A stretch of DNA of 64,000 nt from Hypanus sabinus (lineage: Eukaryota): NCBI RefSeq assembly GCF_030144855.1, contig NC_082722.1, positions 20,708,001 through 20,772,000 on the forward strand, given 5' to 3'. Positions 1 to 11,170 of the stretch are shown piece after piece. Under the pieces are notes generated by a model. That model did no database searches. It was not told the DNA's origin and saw only the letters and a program-made list of their open reading frames with translations. Both the position numbers and the translations under genes were made by a program. The first letter of the stretch is position 1; each line of letters opens with the position of its first letter.

Positions 1-342
1 GTTAATTCCTTAGATTTATCAACTTTCATCGAGTTCCGTTTCTCCTTCCACAGGCGCTGTTACACCAGCTGTTGATCCTTATATTCCCTGCATTTTTGAA
101 GAGAGAGAGGGCCAGTTTCTTCCACATGGATTTCCAGGGAAGTTTGGAAAGTGGCGGGTGCTTTCACGCGCACATGGGTCCATCACATGAGTAAAAATGA
201 CTCCATTATGAGCGTACATTGGAGTATTGTAACTGCAATGGGCCCTTTTCTTTCCTTTTTTTTTCTATGAACCGGTAAAGCTGAAATTGGTATATATATT
301 TCCATGATAATTGTATGAGATGTACAATCTGTTACTTCTTAC

Positions 343-590
343 CGACAGATAACTGTGTATGGAGAGGATTTACACCGCTTTTGCTCAAATCGAGTTTTCT
401 GTAATCGGAGCATTACGTCATTCCTGTCTGGTTGAACCCGAAATCATACCGATCCTAGACGCTATTGTCTAAGAAAGGTGGGATCCTCACCACTGAGTCA
501 CATCGCTGTCAGCCGGGTTAGCAATCGCACCAAGTTTGCACACGAGCCCCGTAAGTGGGATATAGCTGTGAAAAAGGAAATTTCATCTGC
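343..590 (-). pseudogene. Decayed V-like exon
   Basis: TGCAAACTT...GATGTGACTCAGTGGTGAGG resembles CKF...DVRWWR of the intact V; MLRLQK/LDLSKSGV resembles the E-F strands; ends TQLSV G|GTAAG; multiple stops and frameshifts. Confidence 0.35.
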
Positions 591-1214
591 GTAGCAGCAA
601 AGGTTAAATGTGCGGAATAATTTCCGGTACAGCGTGGCCGCAATCATGCAGCCGCTATCAACATTTTGTTTATTACAATTGACTCGCAACTTAGATATAG
701 CTTTGAATCATGTTACAGTTCAATTCTCCTATGCAAAAAACATCAAATTGTGCTCCAAGCAAACGAAAGGTATACATCTATGGAAAGATATCTTCACAAG
801 ACATCTACATAAAATATTCACCGAGAGACGGAGGTAATATTTTCTTTGAATTAAGAACAACGAAACATCCGATCATCATCCATCCAGAAAAAAAAACGCC
901 CTGCGAATAAACAACGTTGTTTCAAGCCGTCTTCTGTATATTTCAAACACAACGTGCCATACAGCAACAAACAGTGTCTTTGACAATATCGACAAATCCT
1001 GAAACTTTCAATAAAATTACCAAAATGGCGACATGGAATCATTAGCCTACCACCCCCATTTGACTATTCATTCAGATTTGTAAATATAACATTTTTCCTG
1101 TTTGACGTTGTGTTATCACGACGGAAGTGACAACCAAACAGGACAGTCAAATGTTAGCTTCTCAGTCTAGCACGTTCGAAGAACTAAATACTATTTTACG
1201 AGGTAGAGTCATAC

Positions 1215-2480
1215 AGTCATAGAAAAGTACAGCGCAGGGTCAGTCTTCTCGGCCCATCCAGTCCGTGCCGAAACATTCCAACGGTCTAATTTCATCGATC
1301 CGCACCAGGTCCATAACCCTGCATACCCTCCATACCCCTACCGACCAAGTACCAATCAAAACCTCTCTTCACCGTTGAAATCGAGATTGGATGCACCACC
1401 TGTGCTCGCAACGCATTCTACCCTTTCTCGACACTCTGAATGAAGACGTTTTTACTCATATTCCCCTTAAGCTTCTAAACTATCACTCATAATCCAGGAC
1501 TATCTCCCAACCTCAGTGGAAAGAAGCCTGCCAGAGTTATCCTGTCTTTACCCTTAATAAGGTTGAATCAAATCTCCTCTATAAAATGTCCTCTCAATCT
1601 TCTAAATTCCACGATATCAAGTCCTAATCCATTCAATATTTCCTTAATACTAAGAGCTGGCGTGTGGCCAAGTCGCTAAGGCGTTCGACTGGAGATCTAA
1701 AGGTCGTTAGTTCGAGCTTCAACTGAGTCACCATGTTGTGTCCTTGAGCAAGGCACTTAACCACACATTGCTCTGCGACGGCACTGGTGCCAAGCTATAT
1801 CGGCCTAGGCACACCCCTATAGAGCATCCGTCGCGTGGAGAGGGGACTCTTAGAGCATGGGGAACTGCCGGTCTTCCATGCATCGATGGACAGCCGAAGC
1901 AGAAGAATACCCAGGTCATTCAGACCCGTCAACTTGTAAATCTTCTCTGTACTCTTTCAAACGGATTTTACTATAGGCCGTTGACCAAAGCTGCACACAA
2001 TACTCCAAAGGTGACGTTACCACTGTCTGAAGCAACGTCAAAATAGAATCCCACCTCCCGAACTCAGTACGTTGATTTACATAGGCCAATATGCCAAATC
2101 TTTCTTTACGACCCTGTCTAACCGTGACGCCACTTTCATCGAATTATGGAACTGTATTCCCGATACATCTGTTCTATCACACTCCTGAGTGCCCTACCGT
2201 TTTCCGTGTAACACCTACTCTGGTTGGTCAGACCGAAATGCAACTCCTCGCACTTGTCTGCATTAAATTCCAGCTGCCATATTCAGCCTATTTTTTTTCC
2301 AGCTGAACCAAATGCCGCTGCAGCCAGAAAAGCCTTTCTCGCCATCCAGTGCATCCACAATCTTGGTGTAATCCGCACATTTGCTGATCTAGTTAACCAC
2401 ATTACCTTCCAGATCGCTGAAGAACAGGATCCCTCTGGTAATACACTAATCACAGGACTCCGATCAGAGAGGGAAACATA
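1215..2480 (-). mobile_element. CR1 LINE 3' fragments, interrupted by a SINE
   Basis: Reverse-strand CR1 RT C-terminal and 3' UTR-like sequence, heavily decayed. Confidence 0.7.
1654..1885 (+). mobile_element. tRNA-derived SINE
   Basis: A-box TGGCCAAGTCG (1665), B-box GTTCGAGC (1710), core tgtgtccttgagcaaggcacttaac; same family as 48468-48765. Confidence 0.75.
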
Positions 2481-2619
2481 ACATGTTACTTTCTGGCTTC
2501 TCCCACAAAGTAATCCAATTTACTACCTCATCTTTAATACCAAGCAAATTAACCTTCTTGATCTTCCATGCGGCCTTGTCAAATGCATTACTATTGTCGA
2601 TGTTGGCAATATGCAAGAT

Positions 2620-5600
2620 GATTCGAAGCAAGATGGCTGCGAACCAATGGCTGATTTTTCGGAGCAAGGGAGGAAGTTTTTCCTACTCGGGGTTAAAGAG
2701 AGGCGAGACGGCGCAGGCGTGTGACGTCACCACATACAGAACGAAAGGTTTAAAAGGGCAAGGAACCTTCAACGGCTTTTGGTAAGGAGTAAGAAGGCTG
2801 CGAGTGAAAGGCTGATTTTTTGGAGCGAGGGCCCCTCTTACTAAGCGGTGTAAAAGAGAGGCAAGAATGCGCAGGCGCGTGACGTCATCCAGCAGAGCGC
2901 GAAAGGTTTAAAAAGAAGACCACCAAATCCAGCCGGCAGCATTCGGAGTGGGCAGTGGAGTGAGAGAGAGCAGAGTCATAGGGCTTTGGCTCAACGGGCT
3001 TAGGTGGTAACGAGACGAGCGAGGTAGGTTTAACTGTGTTATTTGTGGAAAGGAGGAAGTATATGTGTGAGGCCAGCTTTGTTTCCTCGGTGTCAGATGT
3101 GGGAGGTCCTGGAGCATCGCAGTCTCCTGGGCAGCCATATCTGCACCAGCCGTGTCGAGCTGAAGCTCTTGAGGGATGGAGTTAGAGAACTGGACATGCA
3201 GCTCGATAATATTCGCCTGGTCAGGGAAAGCGAGGAGGTGAAAGAAAGGAGTTATGGGCAAGTGGTCACACCGGGACCACGGGAGACAGACAAGTTGGTC
3301 ACAGTCAGGAGGGGGAAGGGGAAGAGTCATTTACTAGAGTGTACCCCTGTGGCTGTACCCCTTGATCATAAGTAGTCCTGTTTGAGTACTGTTCGGGGGG
3401 CAGGCTTCCTTGGGGAAGCGGCAGTGGCCGTGCCTCTGGCACAGAATCTGGTTCCGTGGCTCTGAAGTGTAGTGAGGTGAAGAGGAAGGCAGTAATAGGG
3501 ACTGTATAGTTAAGGGGTCATACAGGCGATTCGGTGGACGCCGGAAAGAAACTCGGTTTGTAGTTTCCCTCCCAGCTGCCAGGGTCTGTGATGTTTCGAA
3601 TCATGTCCCAGATATCCTGCAGTGGGAGGAATAACAGCCAGAGGTCTAGGTACTGAGTGGCACCAATGACATAGGTAGGAAGAGGGAAGCAGTCTTAAAA
3701 GAGACTACAGGGAGTTAGGGAGGAAGTTTAGAAGAAGGAATGCAAAGGTAGTAATTTCGGGATTACTGTCTGTGTCACGCGACAGTGGTAAACGAAATAG
3801 GATGTGGTGGTGGATAAATGTGTGTCTGTGGGATTGGAGCAGGGGTCATGCATTCAGATTTTTGGATCATTGGGACCTCTTGAATCCCAGGTAGACCAGC
3901 ATCTGCAGTTGTATTTTTGTGGACCAACATCCTGGCGGGCAGATTTGGTGAGGCTACTGGAGAGATTTTCAACTAGAATTGTTGGGAGTGGAAACCGAAC
4001 TGTAGAAACAGGGGAAGAGGAGTTAAACTCAGAAACAGAGAAAGCTTGTAGACAGTGGGACAGGGAGGAAACGCAGGTGATAGAGAAGGGACATGCTTAG
4101 ACCGAAGGTTTCAGATGTGTCTATTTTAAAGCAAGGAGTGTTGTGAACAAAGGGGATGAGCTTAGAGCGTGGATCAGTACTTGGAGGTATGATGTTGTGG
4201 CCATCACAGGGACTTGAATGGCTCAGGGTCAGGAACGGTTACTTAAAGTGCCGGTGTTTAGATGTTTCAGAAAGGACCGGGAGGTAGGAAAACGACTTGA
4301 GGATGTGGCACTGTTTATCAGAGATAGTGTCAAGGCTGTAGAAAAGGTGGATGCAATGAAAGGATTGACAACGGAGCCTCTGTGGCTGGAGGTTAGGAAC
4401 AGTAAGGGGTCAATAACTTTACTGTGTGTTTTTATAGGCCGCCCAACATTATCAGGGATATCGAGGAACAGATAGGGAAATAGATCCAGGAAAGGTGTAA
4501 TAACAATAGAGTTGCCTTGATGGGATATTTTAATTTCCCAAATACCGATTTGTATCTCACTCGGGTAAGGGGATTAGATGGCGTGGAGTTTGGTAGATGA
4601 ATTCAGGAAGGTTTTTTGATGCCATATGTAGATAGCCCTACAAGAGAAGAGGCTGTACATGATTTGGTATTGGAAAATTAACCTAGTCAGGTGTCAGATC
4701 TCTCAGTGGGAGAGCATTTTAGAGATAGTGATCACAATTCTGTCTCCTTTACAATACGATTGGAGAACGATAGGAACAGACAAGTTAGGAAAGCGTTTAA
4801 TCGGAGCAAGGCGAATTCTGAGGCTGTCAGGCAGGAAATTGGATGCTTAAATTGGAGACAGAGGTTCTCTGGGAAAAGTACGGAAAAAACATGGCAAATA
4901 TTCAGGGGATATTGAGGTGGAATTCTGCGTAGGTACTTTCCAATGAGACAGTTATTGTAAGGTAGAGGTACCGTGGTGTACAAAGGATGTAATAAAACTA
5001 GTCCAGAAGAAAATAAATCTTACAAAAGTTTCAAAGAGCTAGTGAATGTTAAAATCTAGAAAATTATAAGCCTAATAGGGAGGAGCTTAATAAGAGAATT
5101 AGGAGAGCCAGAAGAGGCCATGAAAAGGCCTTGACGGGCAGAATTAAGGAACCCTCAAGGCATTTGACAAGAATGTGAAGAGCAACAGGTTAAGACGTGA
5201 AAGAATAAAACCTAACACATGTGACAGTGGGAAAGTTTGTATGGAACCAGAGGAAATAGCGGAGATAATTAATGAATGTTTTGCTTCAGAAGTCACTATG
5301 GAACAGGATCTTCTTGTTGTAGTGATGACCTACAGCAGACTGAAATGCTTGGCATGTAGATACAGGATTAAGAAAGGCGATGTGCTGTAGCTTTTGGAAA
5401 GCATCAAGTTGGATAAATCGCCAGGACTGGATGAGATGTACCCCAGGCAACTGTGGGAGGCGAGGGAGGAGATTGCTGAGCATCAATCTTTGTATCGTCA
5501 ATACGGACGGGAGAGGTTCCGTAGGATTGGAGTCTTCTGATGTTGTTCCTTCATTCAAGAAAGGGAATAGAGATAGCCCAGGAAACTATAGACCAGTGAG

Positions 5601-6560
5601 TCTTACATCAGTGGTTGGTAAGTTGATGGAGAAGATGCTCAGAGGCAGGACTTATGAAAATTTAGGAAGGTATAATATGATTAGAAGTAGTCAGCATTGC
5701 TTTTTCAATTGCAGGTCCTGTCTTACGAGCATGATTGAATTTTTTGAGGATGTGACTAAACACATTAATGAAAGAAGAGCAGTAGATGTAGCGTATATGG
5801 ATTTCAACAAGGCATTTGATAAGGTACCCCATGCGTCGATTACAGAGACATTGAGGAGGCATTGGATCCAAAGCGACATTGCTTTGTGGACCCACGACTG
5901 GCTTTCCCACAGAAGGCAATGAGAGCCTGTAGACGGGTCATATTCTGCATGGAGGTCGGTCACCATTAGAGTGCCTCAGGGACCTGTTATGGGACCTTTA
6001 CTTTTCGCGATTTTTATGAATGATTTTTATTAAAAACTGGGGGGGGGGGATATGTTAGTAAATTTGCTGATAACACAAAGGTTGGAGGTGCTGTCGATCA
6101 TGTGGAGGGATGTCAGAGGCTACATCGGGTCATTGATACGATGCAAAACTGGGCTGAGAAGTAGCAAATGGAATTCAACCCAGGTAAGTGTGAAGTTGTT
6201 CATTATGGTAGGTTAAATATGATGGCAGAATATTGAATTATTAATGGTAAGACTCTTGGCAGTGTGGAGGATCAGGGGGACCTTGTGGTCTGAGTCCATA
6301 GGACGCTCAAAACATCTGCGCAGGTTGACTGTGTTTAAGAAGGCGTACGGTATAATGACCTTCAAAAATCGTGGAATTGAATTTAGGAGCCGAGTGGTAA
6401 CATTGCAGTTATATAGGAGCTTGGATCAGATCCCACTTGGAGTACTGTGCTCAGTACTGGTTGCCTCACTACAGGAAGGATTTGTAAGCCCTGGAAAGTG
6501 TGCAGAGGAGATTTACAAAGATGTTCTTCGGATTGGGGAGAATGCCCTATCAGAATAGAG
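2620..6560 (+). mobile_element. Near full-length decayed CR1 LINE (5' UTR, ORF1 zinc-finger/esterase, ORF2 EN-RT)
   Basis: ORF fragments RCQMWEV...RELDMQLDNIR (ORF1), GTNDIG esterase motif, EN fragments, RT PGNYRPVSLTSVVGKLME and MDFNKAFDKVPH; many stops. Confidence 0.92.
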
Positions 6561-7024
6561 TGAATGTACTCGGCCTTTTCTCCTTGGAGCGACGGATGAT
6601 TTGGGATGACCTGGTAGAGTTGTACCTCCTCGGAAAACTCTTTAAGATTGATCAGATATGATTTACCATGCACGAGCCCATGCCGACTCTTCTTAAAGAC
6701 CATGTCTAGCAAATGCTTATATATCCGGTTCCTTACAATAACATGCAATACCTTTCTCACTACTAATGGCAAGATCGTTGGTGCTGTTCAGTGGTTCAGT
6801 TGATCCGACTCTACGTGACCTCTTGAACCCCTGCACACCAAGCCTTCTTGATGGAAACCGCCTCTCTTAGATCCCCGAAGGTCATACGCATTGTCTGAGT
6901 AATATTATCCTCTGTCATCCTCTCCTTCTTTTACCTTCTGTTTTACCTAATATGACAGTCCTCTTCAAGGAATGTCCTCTCCTCATGATGTGGCCAAAAG
7001 GCTTGAACTGTTGTCTAATAATAA

Positions 7025-8690
7025 ACAGACAGACAGACATACTTTATAGATCCCGAGGAAAATTGGGTTTTGTTACAGTCGCACCAACCAAGGATAGTGG
7101 ACAAATATAGCAATATAAAACCATTATAACTAAATAATACTAAGTACATTATTCCAAGTGGAATTAAGTCCAGGACCAGCCTATTGGCTCAGGCTATCTG
7201 ACACTCCGAGGGAGGAGTTGTAAAGTATGATGACCACAGTCAGGAATGACTTCCCATGACGCTCAGTGTTGCATCTCGGCGGAATGAGTCTCTGGCTGAA
7301 TGAACTCCTGTGCCTGACCAGTACATTATGAAGTGGATGGGACACACTGTCCAAGATGGCATGCAACTTGGACAGCATCCTCTTTTCAGACGCCATCGTC
7401 AGAGAGTCGAGTTCCACCCCCACAACATCACTGGTCTTACGAATGAGTTTGTTGATTCTGTTGGTGTATGCTGCCCTCAGCCTGCTGCCCCAGCACACAA
7501 TAGCAAACATGATAGCACTGTCCACCACAGACTCGTAGAACATCCTCAGTATCATCCGGCAGATGTTAAAGGACCTCAGTCTCCTCAGGAAGTAAAGACG
7601 GCTCTACCCCTTCTTGTAGACAGTCTCAGTGTTCTTTGACCAGTCCAGTTTATTGTCAATTTGTATCCCAAGGTATTTGTAATCCTCCAGCATCTTCACA
7701 CTGACCCCTTGAATGGAAACAGGGGTCACCGATGCCTTAGAGCTCCTCAGGTCCACCACCAGTTACTTAGTGTTTTTCACATTAAGCTGCAGATGATTCT
7801 GCTCACACCATGTGACAAAGTTTCCCACCGTAGCCCTCTACTCAGCCTAATCTACATTGCTGATGCATTCAACTATGGCAGAACCATCAGAAAACTTCTG
7901 AAGATGGCAAGACTCCGTGCAGTAGTTGAAGTCCGAGGGGTAGATGGTGAAGAGAAAGGGAGACAGGACAGTCCCCTGTGGAGCCCCAGTACTGCTGACC
8001 ACTCTGTCTGACACAGAGTGTTGCAAGCACACCTACTGTGGTCTGCCAGATGTCACCAGGGAAGCATCCACCTGCATCACCTTCAGCTTCTCACCCAGCA
8101 GGGCAGGGCAGATGGTGTTGAGAGCACTGGAGAAGTCAAAAAGCAGGACCTTCACAGTGCTCGCCGGCTTGTCCAGCTCAGCTTAGACACAATTCAGCAG
8201 GTAGATGATAGTATCCTCAACCCCTAGTCCAGGCTGGTAGGCGAACTGGATGGGGTCTAAGTGTGGCCTAACCATAGGCCGGTGCTGCTCTAGAACAAGT
8301 CTCTCCAGGGTCTTCATGATGTGTGAGGTCAATGCCACCGGCCTGTAGTCATTGGAGCCACTGGGGAGCGGCGTCTTCGGAACAGGAACGAGGCAGGACG
8401 TCTTCCACAGCACAGGAACCCTCTGGAGATTCAGGCACAGGTTGAAGACATGGTGAAGTACTCCACCTAGCTGGGGGACACACGCTTTGAGCACCCTGGG
8501 GCTGGCACTATCTGTGCCTGCAATCTAGCTTGGATGGAGATGTTTCAGCTGTCATCTCACCTGCTCAGCTGTGAAGCCCACCGTGGTGGTTTCAGGTGGG
8601 GGAGGAATGTAGTCATGAGAGCCGGGTGGTGGGCTGTGAGGAGGGGTAGGAGGGGAGATTAGAGCCTTCTTATAAGCAGTCTGGCTGTAT
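7025..8690 (-). mobile_element. Rex1/Babar-type LINE RT fragment with (TCTG)n tail
   Basis: NDYRPVALTSHIMKTLERLV, STGAPQGTVLSPFLFTIY, MFYESVVDSAIMFAIVCWGS; agacagacagac at about 7025-7040. Confidence 0.88.
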
Positions 8691-9200
8691 TTCCTCAAGA
8701 TTTGACTTGTTGGACCCTCTTGCTGACTATCGTGCTCTTAACTCGTTCCTCCAGCATACAAGTTCAAAGGTGTGGATTCGTTTCTGTTCAGCCTTACTAA
8801 TAGTCCTGCTCTCACAGCCATTCATCACAACTGGAAATGCCATGACTGTACGGATTTTTGTAGACAACGTTATGTCTTTGCTCTTCAGTATTTTATCTGA
8901 ATTTTCCATTGCTGTCCTCCCCAGAGTAAGCGCTGTTTATTTTCATGGCTTCAGTTACCATCCATAGACATCTTTCAATTGAGGAAGACAAATTCCGTCA
9001 CAGTTTCCACTTCTCTCCACATTCGACATTCTCTCACAGAGTTAACAGGGATGGTCGGCATAATCTTGGTTTTCTTAATATTGAGCGACAAGCCAGCTTG
9101 TGCACTTTCTTGTTTCACTTTGATTAAAAGCTTCCTCAGATCCTCCTCACGTTAATCCTTGGAGTATCATCATCTTAACATTCTTTTATTCTTTTAGCCC
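8690..9200 (-). mobile_element. RTE/BovB-like LINE fragment
   Basis: KDITLSTKIRTVMAFPVVMNGCESRTISKAEQKRIHTFELVCWR matches the RTE/BovB ORF C-terminal pattern. Confidence 0.8.
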
Positions 9201-9329
9201 TCGTAATTTCTTTCCCAAGGTTTCTCTTCCAAACTGTATACTCCATAAGCATCCCAGTTTTTCCCACGTGCTCATACCTGCTATTCAGCTTTTCTTTTCT
9301 TAACCAGGGCCACACTATCTGTGAAAAAC

Positions 9330-11170
9330 GAAGGTTTCCCTACACTTGTTATGTTTAACTTTTATTCAGACAGGCATATCCGAACATTGTACTCTCAAAA
9401 TTTAAATTTTGAAGACGTCCCTTTTCCTGAGCACAACTTTGCACGAACTTCTTTTCCAAATCCATACTTGCTAGATCCTGTCTGATGCCATCGAAATTGG
9501 CCTTTATGCAATTTAGAATATCAACCCGCGGACGAGATCTATCAGCTTGCATATTTACATTTAAACTAATGGAAATGGAATCAGTGGATATAATGTCTCC
9601 TCCGGCACACAGAACTGTGACATGCCCCTTCTCTTCCGTAAGAGCAGATCAAGTATCGTTTAGACGTTTGAAAATGATGACGACGGCTTTCGGCTGTCCT
9701 GAATGTCAATGGATTTGCGGCACTGGAGTGAAATCTCCGGGACACAAGTTTGGGCCGAAGGTATGGAGCTCTTTGAATGTCCAGTCGTCACGATCTTCCT
9801 CTCGGGCTTCCCGTGCTCGCCAGTGCAGTCCATAGAAAATCGTAGCAATATGTTTTGCACCAGCTTGGCTGCAGGAGCTGCCGGAAGGATGCTTACTGAC
9901 TTCCAGCCCCCTCAGCTGCTCCATTCGGGATTTTCTGTCTGTGTTTTTTCCCGTAGGCTTTGTCTTTCCCGATGGTGTGGGGTTATTTTCCCATAGCTGA
10001 GTTTCTGGTTCGCAAGCAACAGGACATATCCTACATGTATTGGCCAGACCTCCACCCCATCCTCGCGAAGTCAGACTGCGTCTGAATGGTGTACAGCTTT
10101 CGTGTGTCATCAGCGAGGAGGCACCACATGAGACTTGCTGTTAAAGAAGCTCCGTTCTGGCAGGGGGAGAATTATGCATTCAGCTCCACCTGACTAGCAT
10201 CGCCACCCTTCCTCCATTAAACTCTCCCGCTCTGCCACGTCGAAAATAATGAACCCTGGAATATCGAGCTGTCAGTCCTGTTCCTCTGGCACCAACTCTC
10301 ACTAATGGCTACAACTGCATAATTCCGGACGTTGCTCTATGCCCTGAGCTCACCACACTTTTCTACAATACGTCTTATATTGAACTCTATGCTGATCGGT
10401 CATTAGTCACCCCATGCTCAACGTCGTGGTTCTTGAATTTTTCTGAGGTCTTAACAACATCTGTTTTCACAACCTCTCCAGTAACTGTTCCAGCACTCTG
10501 GTTCCTATCCCCCTGCAACTATAGGTTCAACCTCAGCGCAGAGCACGAGCAAACATCCCCGTTGGGAACTAGGCTTCTTTCAGTTCAAGTACAAGCCCTT
10601 TCTTCTGTACGTGTCCCACATTCCCTGAAAGATAGCCCAATGATCCAAAAATCTATCGGCTCTCCCTCCTACCCCAACTCCTTAGCGACGTATTAAACTG
10701 TGCTGTCTTTCTATTCTGACCTCATTAGCACTTGGCACGGCAGCATACCTGAGATCAGAATCCTAGACGCCCTGCAGTTTAAATTATCACCTAACTTTCT
10801 GAACTCACTTTGCAGAACGTTATCAGTCTTCCTACTTATAGAATTGGATCAGGAACCCTCTCCCACTTAAGAATATCGTGGACTCAATCCTAGATGTTCT
10901 CCACCCTGAGGTCCGGGAGGCAACATCACCTGCGAATCTCGTTCTCGTCCACAGAACGTTCTTTCTGTTCCGGTAACTAACGAATCCACGGCTTGCACTT
11001 TCTCGCTTCCGCCCTTCACTTCTGAGTCGCAGAGTCAGGCTCAATGCCAAAGACCTGACGGCTATGACTTTCACCTGATAGATCATTCTCTCCTATTGTA
11101 TCCAAGGAGGTATACCTGCTGTTGGGACGGATTGCCACAGGGTACCCTGCTCTGGTTGTTTATATCCGAG
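9330..11170 (-). mobile_element. Decayed CR1 5'/EN fragments, possibly several nested pieces
   Basis: KANFDGIRQDLASMD (CR1 ORF2 linker) plus reverse-strand ORF1-esterase and EN-start-like sequence. Confidence 0.6.

Noticed and set aside
54-190. AG/GT-bounded segment open in two frames at the window start
   Set aside because: No recognisable protein motif and context is missing
1654-1730. Possible tRNA gene (also 48471-48525)
   Set aside because: The A/B boxes run into SINE core sequence, so these are SINE heads rather than tRNA genes
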